The notes under the pieces were generated by a model. The model was not told the DNA's origin. It saw only the letters and a list, made by a program, of their open reading frames with translations, and did no database searches. This document shows positions 13,221-26,279 of a stretch of 64,000 bases of DNA, one piece after another. The stretch is taken from positions 57,846,001 to 57,910,000 of the forward strand of contig OX597824.1 in NCBI GenBank assembly GCA_951406725.2. Reading direction: 5' to 3'. This stretch comes from Octopus vulgaris (lineage: Eukaryota). A program made the position numbers and the translations under genes. How positions within the stretch are numbered: the first letter of the stretch is position 1; each line of letters opens with the position of its first letter.

Positions 13221-13635
13221 TACAGGAATTATACTTTCAATATCTAAGTAAATGCTAAAAGTGTGTGAGAGGCGAATGTTGATGCTTTTTATCTACAGAT
13301 GATCCCTTTAATTAGAGACTTTCCATGCGTGACCTCCCTAGTTTTTCAGAGATATGTATAATTATACTGCCCCATGGTCCAATATTTCCAGCAGATCACT
13401 CGATCACTTAATGGTGCTGTGTAAGATCTTACAGGTAGCAGGCTGATGTCTCGATGTCATAGCGTAACTCCTTCGGTAAATTTTTGTCCCCTTTGTTCTG
13501 GGTCGATTCAAGTCATTTGAGTTAAACGGAGTTAGCAGAAACTTTAAGGAAGCCCGTCTACTATGTTGTTACTGTAATTTATTGGAAATCATGAGATCCA
13601 CCTTGTTATATAGACAGGGCCACGACCGAGGTCTA

Positions 13636-14840
13636 CGAGGGGTGTTTATTAAAGATTTCCTCTGACCCACTTCACAAGGAGTGGGATAAACGAAACTATA
13701 CATAATTATCAGTCCTTCTCTACATATGCAGCTGTGAAGACCTCGTCTGTAGAAGTCGGTGGGTTGCGTCCGGAGCCTAGACTTTACCTCGGAAATAAGT
13801 TCATCATCATCTAAAAAGTGCTTCCCTTCAAAAAAGACTTCATGGTTGGAAAGAGGTGGAAGTCAGATGGTGCGAGGTAGGGAGAATAAGAGGGGATGAG
13901 GAAGTATTTAATAGTCGCAGGAGTGTGCTTTCATCTGGGCAATATGCGCATTGTGAGCTGGGAGGTTGTCTTGGAGGAGGCGGACTCCTTTGGTTAGCAT
14001 ACCACGCCTCTCTGCTTTGATGACGTCCCGCAATTTCTGCAGTAGGGAAATATATGTCTTGTTAATTGTGGTGTCCTTTTCCAGATCCATCGGATCACTA
14101 CTCCGCGCTGGTCCCAAGAGACTGTGAGCATCACCCTGCCTGCTTAGGGTTGGACACGAGTCTTCTTTTGAGGTGGTGAATTATCATGCTTCCATTGCTT
14201 TGACTGGACTTTATTCTCAGGATCTTAGTGATGGACCCTGTGTCATAATCCTGTGTCATAAGTATGCCGAAAAGTCCTCTTCATTTTCTTGGCACATAAC
14301 CAAATGAGCCTGGGAGCAATTGATTCGTTCCTGCTTCTGAAAAGGTGTGAGTATCTGGGGAATTCATTGTGCAGACAACTTCCGCGTGTGCAAATGGTCG
14401 TAAATGATTTTTTTCCCGGACCCTACATTTGTCTTCGCTTTTGGGGATAGTTGTCAAATAGTTATGCTGTAATCCTCCAAAATGGCGGCTTCCACTTAAA
14501 AGATGGTGTCGTCGGCAAATGCGGAATGTGGTCGTTCAGAAATAGGAGCAGTTTCCATCGATGTCCGACCACATTTGAACTGGCGATGCCCGTACTTGAC
14601 TATGGCGTGTGATGGTGCATTGTCACCATAAACTTCTTTCATCGCATTGAGAGTTTCTTTTGGTGTTCGACCTTTCAAGTATAAGAACCTAATCACTTAT
14701 TTGCATTCAACTGCCTCCATTATAACACCTTAGTCCACTTCAGCAGCCGTAATATGACATGTATGATTATACCTGTACAAGTTCCGTTTCCTGTAATAAC
14801 CGGAAATGGGTCAGGGGATATCTTTGATGAACACCCCTCG
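13636..14840 (-). mobile_element. Full-length decayed mariner, related subfamily
   Basis: Imperfect TIRs CGAGGGGTGTTYATYAAAGAT..CCYCTGACCCA; TA flanks; IRFLYLKGRTPKET and GVRLLQDNLPAH fragments. Confidence 0.95.
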
Positions 14841-15167
14841 TACCTTAAGAGTAAAAATACTCAGCTACTCACACTACACTCCTATCTGATTCTATCTCAC
14901 GATTACAGTAATGTGCAATACTCAGACACTTGCTTTAATGAATAATTAGTTTCAAATGTCGACCAACTGGAATATTGTCGAAACTAATTTAGATGAATCT
15001 TTTGTCTTTAGTCCACAGTACTAAAATAAGTGTTGTTTGGGAACAAACAAACAAACAAACCACTACTTTCAAACACATTTACCCAATGTACAACCGTATC
15101 GATAAATATATTCCATAAGTAAATTACAACCCCTCCTAAATACGTAACTAAACAGTGACAACTCTAC

Positions 15168-15308
15168 GAGCTTCTTTCGGTTTCCGTCTCACAAACCCAC
15201 TCACAAAGCTATGATCGAACCAAAGTTATAGTAAAAAACACTTTCCCGACGCGGTGGCATGAACCCGGAACCATGCGGTTGGGAAGCAAACTTCTTACCA
15301 CACAGCCT
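15168..15308 (-). mobile_element. SINE family A 5' half
   Basis: CTTCTTTCGGTTTCCGTC...GGAACCATGCGGTTGGGAAGCAAACTTCTTACCACACAGCC. Confidence 0.8.
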
Positions 15309-16389
15309 AATATGTATAACTATTTATGAATTAATAACTGAGAAAATATATGTGTGCGGGGGTGTATATATGTGAATGAATGTGTGCGCGTGCATTTATA
15401 AATGTGAGCTTGAAACATAACGAGAAATTCATTTTATGAATGTGTATGAAAGTTGATGTGTATATGATGTATGTATGAGTGTATGTTCATCTGTATGCGA
15501 ATGCATGTATATGTATGTGTATACTTGCAACTTCATTGTGATTGATGAAGTGTAAACAAAGACAATAGTCATCACATTTGCAAGAGTGTATGTGTGTATG
15601 TGCGCGCCTAATGTGTATAAATATGTATGTGTGTATGTTTATGTATATGTGCATAAATATATCTACATACCTCTTAAACGAAACTGAGGCGTGGTACAAA
15701 GCAGTTACCACAGCCTGAGTACTAATATCACATGATAAAAAAATTAGACAACGTGATACTTTAAAATGGTTTCTGATATGATTGGTGGAATGGTATGTTA
15801 ATGGGTGATGGAAAGAAGACTGACATTTCGAAACTGTTGATATTATCGAATGTACAGTTTGGGGGTGGCTATTTGATTAAGATATGATTATGTGTGATAT
15901 TACACATTAAAATTTATAATAATGTATCGATAACTTAACATATAATGGCAACTTTAACTGATTATATGTCACAACATACACAGCGTGTGTGCGTTTGTGT
16001 GTGCGTCAGTGTGTGTGTGAATGGAATGCATGTGAACGATTGGGTAGTTAACGTTTTAAACAGTTGTTATACGTTAGACGGCAACCAGAGATCGCTTCTA
16101 TTTAAATAAGTCGAGATATAACACGGTGATATGTTGTAATGAGTAATGCAATTGATATCATATGATATGCTGAATGATTCCTCCATCGTATTACAGCTGT
16201 TTGAATGAGTAATGAAATTATTTAAACTGAACAGCTTCTCACGTTTTCATTGAGCCATACCACACAGAATTGTTTTCTTACGTCAGTAAAAGGTGGGACG
16301 TTTCTCTTGGTAGAGGAAGAAATCTATTTAGTTGTCACTGTTCGATTAAATGCATTAAATGGGGTAAACAAAGTAAAGTACAGAGAGGG

Positions 16390-16470
<81 letters not shown>

Positions 16471-16871
16471 AGAAGAATCTAGTTTTTTGACTTCTTGTTT
16501 CTCAACTCAACAAGCGTCATGACACGAGTGGAAATTTCATTTTCACAATGAACTCAGATGAAATGTTTTAAGACTTATAAAAGTCTCACTGCTCGGCGCT
16601 GTGTCATATATGTTCACGTAACATACACTGCTATCAAATGACACAATGGCTGACTGTTCAATTTTTGTTTGTTTTCTTTATTCTTTTTAATCTCTCAGTA
16701 AACATACACGACAACATTTTTTCTAACGAACTCTACTGCAGTATATTTTAACCATTGCAATGTCTGCTAAGCCACAAATTGACATAATTGTAAATATCAT
16801 GTATTAGCATATTTATTGCATGTGACAATTTTGAAAGCATTGCTTTCGTATGCTCATCAATACGGGCGACT

Positions 16872-16933
<62 letters not shown>

Positions 16934-18008
16934 CAGAATGAAGGAAAACTGATCCAGATAGCAGCAAAACACGAGCAAAACAAAAAACTGTTCTCAGTAT
17001 TTAAGGAAGCTGACAAATACAAACAAGAAATCATACCACCTAATAAACACAAAGAAGAAGAAGAAGATGATGAAGAAACAACAAAAGCTATAAAACAAAT
17101 GAAATCCAAACTAAAAATAGAACAGCAACGAGCCATGATAAAACGATGGCAAGAAAAGCCCCTTCATGGTAAATACTGCACTAAACTAAACGCAAAAGAA
17201 ATAGACAAAGAAAAATCCCAGCAATGGTTGAGAAGCTCAGGACTCAAAGCAGAAACAGAGGGATTTTTAATTGCAGCACAAGACCAAAGCCTCCCCACCA
17301 GAAATTACCAAAAACATGTAATGAAAAGAAATATTACAAGTAACTGCAGAATATGTGGAGATGGACAAGAAACAATAAATCATATTATCTCTAGCTGCCC
17401 AGTCCTGGCTAAGAAGGAATATATTCACAGACATGACAGAGTTGGAACCTACATACATTGGAAGCTATGCCAACATTATGGAATAACAACAGAAAAAAGA
17501 TGGTATAGGCACACACCAGAAAAGGTCACAGAAAACGAGAAAGCAACCATACTCTGGGATATGCCGATACACACAGATAGAGAAATTAAGGCCAACAGAC
17601 CAGATATAGTTGTCAGAGATCATGAAGAAAAAAAATGCTTTCTAATTGATGTATCAATACCGGCAGATGACAACGTGTCTCTAAAAGAAATGGAGAAACT
17701 CTCAAAATACAAAGACCTGGAAATAGAGGTAACTAGAATGTGGAACCTGAAAACAGAAACAATTCCTATCATAGTAGGTGCATTAGGCATGATAAAAAAA
17801 TATTCAGACAAATACATAACAAAAACACCAGGACTTACAAACACATATAACATACAGAAAATTGCACTACTAGGCACTGCACACATCCTACGCAGAACAC
17901 TTTCCATACAATAACCATCAGAGCATCACAACAAATCACAGCACATACCCAAGGCACACAGAGCTGCGCTCGGTAGTGAAGTGAAAGCACGCTATAAAAA
18001 TAAAACTA

Positions 18009-18012
<4 letters not shown>
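16934..18012 (+). mobile_element. Young 5'-truncated R4/Dong-clade RLE LINE in (TAA)n
   Basis: Uninterrupted frame to stop at 17914 with KPLHGKY, ETEGFLIAAQDQ, CRICG..ETINHIISSC, RHD, RPDIVVRD..FLIDVS..KLSKY; ~100 bp 3'UTR; (AAT)n both sides. Confidence 0.96.
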
Positions 18013-18092
<80 letters not shown>

Positions 18093-18093
18093 C

Positions 18094-18149
<56 letters not shown>

Positions 18150-18150
<1 letters not shown>

Positions 18151-18325
18151 GCTGTGGATTGGGAGCAGAGAGTCGGTTAAAATATGCGCTATTTAGTTAC
18201 AGCTTTCTACATTCTGAATTCAAACCTTGTTGAGGTCAGCTTTTCATTTCTTTCAGACTTGAACAATAAATACCAGTCAAGTAGTGAGGTCGATATTATA
18301 GACCTTCCTCTCACAACTACAGGCT
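18150..18325 (+). mobile_element. SINE family B, degenerate
   Basis: TTCTGAATTCAAACC..GAGGTCAGCTTTTCATTTC..AAATACCAG..GGTCGATATTATAGAC, following (AAT)n. Confidence 0.6.
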
Positions 18326-19454
18326 CTGTAATGATAATGATTATCATTATCATCATTATCATTATTAATATACAATTATATAATCTGTTACAAAAATATA
18401 TAAAAGGAGGAAGAATTATAAGGCGAAGAGAGATATTTGTCAGAGGAAAAACTAAATGTTAAATGCTTGTTGTTTTCTTCTTTCATTTACTGTATTGAAA
18501 TGTAATAACATCAATGTATCTATAGCTGCAGCAGTTACTAATGAATAAGTGAGACCGTATCTATTGGCGTATCTGCAGAGATAGAGAAAGGGACAGGGTG
18601 AGTAGAAGGGATATCAGATATAGTTTGTCCGTAGAGAAAGAGAGAAACAATGTTTGCCTGAGATTTAAAGATAAGCCAATGAAATAGCAGATTATATTGA
18701 ACTCACTGATTCGATTTAATTGATGTTTAATTGTTACGATACAATTACTTGCGAGATGTCGCTTCTTTGGGACACTTTACAAATTTCAATTGCATCATTT
18801 CCTTTTACATTCGCATTATCAACAGAAAAACATCATTAATAGTCAATGATATTCCAACCATGACCATTCCGTCCTTTTCAGGATATTTTTGCGGCATTAG
18901 CTGATTCCCTCTTTCCTTATGGTATAGGGAAATTTCACTCTTTAGAAGATCGAATAGCAGTTATACGGTCCCTCGTTGGGGATATCATGCATTATATTGT
19001 AGTGGTGGTGCGGTTATTGTTGTGTGTCTGTATATATATATATATATGTGTGTGTGTGTGCATATATATATATATATATATACATGTACATATATATATT
19101 GTATTGTAGTGGTGGTGAAGTTATTGTTTTGTGTATGTATATGTGGGTGTGTGCGTGCGCGCATATATATATTTCTGATGTCTTAGAAACTTCTACCCTC
19201 TTAGAGGATTTAAGTAAAATTGTACAAATGTGTCCAACTGATTTTTAAAATTCTATTTATTTATGCAGCTGAGGATAGCCCTCCATTTAAATTGATGTAA
19301 TGATTGCATTGTTCAATTAAATGGAGCCGCTTGAAACGGTCGTACTACATCACCTCTGGATATCCTGTTGCTTATTTTGATTTCTATTCACCTTATTTTG
19401 AAGTTGTACGGATAATACTGCACTAATTTTTGGTACCTAATTCATCTGAATCTC

Positions 19455-19490
<36 letters not shown>

Positions 19491-19534
19491 TAAACATACT
19501 TGGAAATGGATACGTGGCGTTCGATCAAATAATG

Positions 19535-19568
<34 letters not shown>

Positions 19569-19574
19569 GTAATA

Positions 19575-19920
19575 CGGCCTTGATGGAATGCTTTCTTGAA
19601 GGGTTAGTGGAACAAATCGATCCAGTACTAGTTTATACTCGATACTTATTCTATAGGTATCTTTTGTCTACCCGGAAAGTTACCGAGACGTAAGCAAACA
19701 AGCAGTAGCTGAATAACGTTGGTTGGGGTAACCACAAAGGAACACACACAGAGAAACATACATATTTCGGGTTTCTTTCAGTTTCTCTCTGCAAAATCCA
19801 CTCAGAAGGCATTGGCCGGCTTGGGGCTGTATTAAAAACAAAATTGTTCAAGGTGCTACGCGGTGATACTGAACCCAAGACCACATGGCTGGAAAGCAAG
19901 CATTTTAGTCACACAGCTAC
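19575..19920 (-). mobile_element. SINE family A, degenerate
   Basis: TTTCTTTCAGTTTCTCTCTGCAAAATCCACTCA...GACCACATGGCTGG..CACACAGCTAC. Confidence 0.7.
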
Positions 19921-20371
19921 GTAATTTATATATATATATATGCATAAATCTTTTGTGCGCTCGTTTGGATGTGTGTGTGTGTGTGTGTGTGTGTGCGGTT
20001 ATGTGCGCATATAGACGTGTGTGTATGTGCATGCGTTCGAAAACGCCACTATATAAGATAAATTTTAATTTTCTTAGAGATTTTGCATGTTTCGGTTCTT
20101 CTCGGAAAAACGAACCTTATCAAAAATATTTTTTAAAAGTTAAGTGTAATAAAAAAGTCCATAATTGTTTCTTACTAGTCTCAACAGAGTCCACGTGGTG
20201 GTATTTTTGTGGTGGGGGGAGTATAATGGCTGTCTTGTGCGTTGACTAGATTCGTTGGCTTTAAGCGTGAAAATGACCGTTAGCCGTAATAGTAGTAGCA
20301 GTGGCTACTACTACTACTACTACTACTACTACTGTTTTTACGGCCAACGTAGGTATATATATATATATATA

Positions 20372-21068
20372 TAAAACGAAGTAAATTTGTGAGGTACCGC
20401 ACGAGTGGAAATATATATGAAAGGTTTGAAAATGTGATTTTAAAGATGTTTATTCACTTGATCGGTTTCACTTTTTTATAAAATGATTGTCAAAAGTAAA
20501 ATGCAAAACCTTTGTATGAGCTTTGTTGTGTTAAGTACTGGTTATCACAAAAGTATTAAAATACAGTTATACATTCTTTGATAATAATAAGAAAGTGTCA
20601 GAAAGACAGGTCAGTTATTCCTCAACAATGTTTTGTGTATTCTTAAATATATCTACCTCTGTATATATATATATATATATCCGAAAGGATGAAATGCAAA
20701 GTCGACCTCGGCGGAATTTTAACCCAGAACGTAACGGCAGACGAAATACGGCTACGCATTTCACCCGGCGTGCTAACCCGCCTTCTCTGTATATATATAT
20801 ATATGTACAACCAAACAAACATGATTTTTATTGATCTCATAATACTTTTTGGAGTCCTGTTCTGATTACTTTCTTGTAAACTGTTTTTAACATTTTCTTA
20901 TTATTACCAAAGAATATATATATATGTATTTTAATACTTTTGTGATAACCAGTACTTAACACAACAAAGCTCATACAAAGCTTTAGATTTTACTTTTGCC
21001 AATCTTTTTCTAAAAAAGTGAAACAGGTCAAGTGCATAAACATCTTTAAAATCGCATTTTCAAACCCT
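20372..21068. mobile_element. Inverted-repeat element with degenerate hammerhead motifs (Penelope-like pLTR relic)
   Basis: Arms ~20420-20610 and ~20880-21068 are reverse complements; each has ACTT-TTG(A/C)CAA..GAAAC..TC-AAGT; a SINE B fragment (20685-20782, minus) lies in the spacer. Confidence 0.6.
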
Positions 21069-21603
21069 CTTTCCTATATGTGTGTGTGTGTGTATACACC
21101 CAAAACCACGCTAATAGCTTAGGGGTGAAAATTGGAATTTCTCGGTTTTCTGTGAATCGATTTTGATAAAATTTTTCCCAGCTTGTTTGCACATTATTAC
21201 AACACCATTGTTATGTTTTCATTATTCTGTGTAACGTCATTTCTTTTTATTTTAAATCCTTAACTTTTTAGGTGAACCACGCTAATAACTTTTGAATGAA
21301 AATAGCCAATCTAGACATTATATTTTTTCAGAAAATGAACATATTTTCATACCTTTAGTATATATTTAACAGAAAACCATTATATGATAACGCCGGGTCT
21401 CCCACATAACTTGTAGCCAATATTCTTTAAATCCCAAACTGTCACAGGCTTGGAGGTCCCACAATCAAATCGTTTCTTCATTAGCGCTCATGTGGCTTAA
21501 TAATTCATTATGTCAATAAATGTTATAATATTATTTTGGATTTCTGTTAAATATATACTCAATGTATACTTAATATCTATCATCATCCTTCATTTTCTGA
21601 AAA

Positions 21604-21846
21604 TTGAACCGTTATGAAAATCTCCTCAAGGAATGTGAAGACGCAGGCTGGAAAGCGGAACATTTTCCTATCGAAGTCGGATGTAGAGGGTTTGTTGGAC
21701 ACAGCGTGAGACGACTGTTGTTATCGATAGGCTTAACTCATCGTAAAGTCAATACCACCATGACTGATATCCAATCTACAGTGGAGAAGCCTAGCCACTG
21801 GATTTGGTTAAAAAGAGACGATGAGCGATGGCTAGAAGTATACTGA
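21604..21846 (+). mobile_element. C-terminal fragment of NeSL/HERO-like RLE LINE
   Basis: RYENLLKECEDAGWKAEHFPIEVGCRGFVG...SHWIWLKR, typical RLE C-terminus. Confidence 0.8.
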
Positions 21847-21932
21847 GTTCTTCATAACCAGCTGATCTAGCAAGTGTGCAAACCAGCTGGATAAAGTTTT
21901 ATCGAAATCGATTCACAGAAGAACAAGAAAAA

Positions 21933-21971
<39 letters not shown>

Positions 21972-21992
21972 CATATATACATACATATATGT

Positions 21993-22032
<40 letters not shown>

Positions 22033-22038
<6 letters not shown>

Positions 22039-22184
22039 AATTAAATTAGAGATAAAACCACTATTAGGCAAATCAAACAGTGAAAAACATAAGCCAATAC
22101 ATAAAATTAATTAAAAAATATAAAAGTTAAAAATTTAAAAAATTATTAAAATAATTTAAACTTATAAATTTTAAATATATATAT

Positions 22185-22256
<72 letters not shown>

Positions 22257-24280
22257 ATTTTTATATTTATATATTATTTTGTTTATTAATTATTTAATTA
22301 ATTTTTTTTTATTAAATAAATATCAAAAGTATTAAAAGTTTAATAAAAGATAAAGAGTAAAATACTACGATCGTTTCATGGCTGTACCAATTCGAATAAC
22401 AATAATTTAAATTCAATTAATAATTCGAGTTATGGTTACAGTCAATCTTCAGGTTAATTGAAATATTTTTAAAATAATCAGAAATATTTAAACAATATTT
22501 TAAAGATATCTATATATATAAAACTGTAGTTGTGTGAGTGCCTGTCTCCTTCGATTTAGATTCCTAACTACTCCCACATTTTGCGGTGCAATTTAACCAA
22601 ATTCGGGTATCTTATAGTCGTGATTATATCGAGCCCGTCTGAGTATTAGCGCGCGTCTACGATGAGTCTACGATTTTTAAAATAATTTAACATCATTTTT
22701 TATTCCATTTTAATGCATAATTTTTCGTGTGTCGATGGCGGCGGAGTTGGCGTCCATGGTCACACCTGCACCTGTTTGCTTCTCCCCCTTCTACCCTCCC
22801 TCGTGAAGCTGTGGGGAAGGGAGTGTAAGGAAATCAACGTCGTAAAGCGTTGTCAAGGAGGCCAGCGTTCTTTTAGAACAACGACTTCATGGCTTGAAGA
22901 CACCAAAACAGAAATGGCTAAGAAAGCCCGAATTGGCATCTATAAGGGAAGTAACTCTCTAAAAATGCTTATATAGTTATTTCCCTTACAAACCCGAGCA
23001 ACGCCGGGCGATACTGCTAGTAAATAATATAATAATTTTACTTATAATAAACTCTATTATCAAACTAGAAACTTAAAACTTAATAAATATGATTATATCA
23101 AAATCGATTATAATGTTAAATATTAATTTTAATTTTTAAGGTAAGAAACCCACCGATAATCTAATGTCAGTAATAGTCTATATCTAATTACATAAATATA
23201 AAAAAAAAAATGACTATTATATATAAAAAATTATCAATGGAAATATATAAATGTATATATTATAATTAAGATCTAAAATAATCTCTATAATAAATATATA
23301 TGCTCATATAATAAAGACCGATTAAATTAATATTTCATATTTAAAGATGAAATATCTAAATTCAAAAATACAAACAAACAAACTTAAACGAACTTTCGGA
23401 AATCTTATTTAAAATACTTATAGAAATAATCAATTCGTAGTTATATAGTATCGAATACATACTATAAATACTATAAATATATTTATCAATGGCAAATATC
23501 AATTTAAAAAGACAATATCTAAGTTATGCTATTAAGTTACACATGGCCTGGACCAATCTTTGGTCGAAACATATCTAAGTTTATCTAACTTTAATTATAA
23601 TAAATTTCAAACTACGATTAATACTATTAGACAACTCGTAATATTGCTATCAAACAACATATCTATCGCTAAGTAATATATTACAAATAAATTTAAATTT
23701 AATATCTAATAATTATATAGAAAATTACGATAATTAGATCATTACATAAACAACAATATTTACATTAGAAAATATTATTACACCAAAGACTTATGAAATA
23801 TTAAAATTTACAATTTAAAGATGTTAAATATAAATAGATACTATTTATTTATTTTTTTAAAAATATTTATGTAATTAGATATAGGTGGGTTTCTTACCTT
23901 AAAAATTAAAATTAATATTTAACATTATAATCGATTTTGATATAATCATAATTATTAAGTTTTAAGTTTCTAGTTTGATAATAGAGTTTATTATAAGTAA
24001 AATTATTATATTATTGATATCTTAAAAATATTGTTTAAATATTTCTGATTATTTTAAAATATTTCAATTAACCTGAAGATTGACTGTAACCATAACTCGA
24101 ATTATTAATTGAATTTAAATTATTGTTATTAGAATTGGTACAGCCATGAAACGATCGTAGTGTTTTACTCTTTATCTTTTATTAAACTTTTAATACTTTT
24201 GATATTTATTTAATAAAAAAAAATTTTTTTTTTAATTAATTAATTAATTAATAAACAAAATAATATATAAATATAAAAAT

Positions 24281-24320
<40 letters not shown>

Positions 24321-24478
24321 ATATATATATTTAAAATTTATAAGTTTAAATTATTTTAATGATTTTTTAAATTTTTAACTTTTATATTTTAAAATTAATT
24401 TTATGTATTGGCTTATGTTTTTTTTGTTTGATTTGCCTAATAGTGGTTTTTTATCTCTAATTTAATATAATATAATAT
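22033..24478. mobile_element. Large AT-rich inverted repeat (~620-650 bp arms) with a hammerhead motif in each arm
   Basis: Left arm 22033-22508 plus 23021-23199 is the reverse complement of 23863-24478; CTGAAGA..GAAACGATCGTA at 24073-24159, mirrored at 22366-22452. Confidence 0.8.
22509..23020 (+). mobile_element. Non-autonomous Helitron, complete
   Basis: 5' TC; 3' hairpin CCCGAGCAACGCCGGG plus CTAG; inserted between A and T with no TSD; empty site visible in the opposite arm near 24020-24035. Confidence 0.92.
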
Positions 24479-24571
24479 AATATATTTATGCTATAAAATT
24501 TGATCCTAAATCTAATTTTTCCCTGTAAGTTTGGATTTATTCCTGAAACAAGTAATATTATATATATATAT

Positions 24572-24644
<73 letters not shown>

Positions 24645-24822
24645 TTATGTATCTATCTATCTAAATATGCATGTATGTATGTATATATATGTATATGTAT
24701 GTGTGTATATATATATATATATATAGAGAGAGAGACATATGTATGTATGTGTAGTATATGTGTATATGAATATATATATTTATATATATATGTGTACATA
24801 TATACATTTATGTATATATGAA

Positions 24823-24944
<122 letters not shown>

Positions 24945-25051
24945 CATACATATATATATTTTTTTTTTATACATACGTATGTATTTTGTATTCGGTGATG
25001 CTCCAGCATGACCGCAGCCGCATAGCTAAGACGAAAAAAGAGTAAAATGGC

Positions 25052-25168
<117 letters not shown>

Positions 25169-25353
25169 GTGAATGAATTATCCTATGTTTCTCGTCAGCA
25201 TGGAAAATTCGTTTAACCGAAACCTGGGTAGCAAATTCACGTCAGAAACACGGTCGAAGCGACCTGTCAAGGGTTCATGTGTAGAAATGTGTGTGTTGTA
25301 TATGAATAAAGGAAAGAATGGAGTCGAACGAAGATGTTAATAAAATTCCTTTA

Positions 25354-25435
25354 CTCTCGACACATGTTTCGAAGAGAGCATGTTTTCATTCCAAAGGAAT
25401 AAAGGGTGCATTATGCAATCTTGTCATCAGGAAAG
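25354..25435 (-). ncRNA. Type I hammerhead ribozyme motif
   Basis: CUUUC-CUGAUGA-[stem II]-GAAAC-AUGU-GUC-GAGAG; 5-bp stem I; base of stem II mismatched. Confidence 0.7.
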
Positions 25436-25639
25436 AAAGGGAGCCTCTCTCGACAACAAGACAAACAAAAATTTCGATGATTGCCTACATGGTAAACAAA
25501 GCGATAATGAGTGTTTTTTTAAAAAAACCGTTAGAAGAATTGACGTCAAAAATAGATAGTAGGAAGAGAAGGGATAAAGTAATAATAGGTAGGGAACAAG
25601 TGGAGAGGGAAGGGTACATATAGGGTATATATATATATA

Positions 25640-25808
25640 TATACGACGGACCTTTTTCAGTTTCCTTCTACCAAATCCACTCATAAGGCTTTACTATTGT
25701 CCGAGGCTATAGTAGAAGGCACTTGCCCAAGGTTCCATGCAGTGGAACTGAACACGGAACCATGTGGTTAAGAAGCAAAGCTTGTTACCACACAGACACT
25801 CCTATGTA

Positions 25809-25839
<31 letters not shown>

Positions 25840-26201
25840 GTGTATACGTATTCCTTTATTCTTTTACTTGTTTTAGTTATTTTTGACTACATCCATAGTA
25901 CTTATTCTATCGGTGTTTTTTGCCGAGCCGTTATGTTACGGTGACGTAAACACACCAACATCGGTTGTCAAGCGATAGTGGGGGAGCAAACACAGGCACA
26001 AAGATGTACTTTCACACGCACACAAACACACACACACACGCACACACACACACACACGCGCACACACACATATACATGCGACACCTTTTTTTCAGTTTCC
26101 GTCTACCAAATACACTCACAAGGATTTAGTAGGCCCGAGGCTATAGTCAGAAAACACTTGCCATGGGAAGGAGGTTTCTTACCACACAGCCACGCCTGCG
26201 C

Positions 26202-26205
<4 letters not shown>
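25640..26205 (-). mobile_element. Two adjacent SINE family A copies
   Basis: 5' half at 25640-25805; internally deleted full copy at 25850-26205. Confidence 0.85.

Positions 26206-26279
<74 letters not shown>

Noticed and set aside
16185-16255. Hammerhead remnant (TACAGCTGTTT..TTCATTG)
   Set aside because: Both core segments are mutated; too decayed to call.
16850-16933. ATG plus poly-Asn N-terminus of the 354-aa ORF
   Set aside because: Flanking (AAT)n target fortuitously in frame with a truncated LINE; not a gene start.
23200-23860. GIY-YIG endonuclease remnant in the foldback spacer
   Set aside because: Expected under the PLE model, but no motif could be read with confidence.
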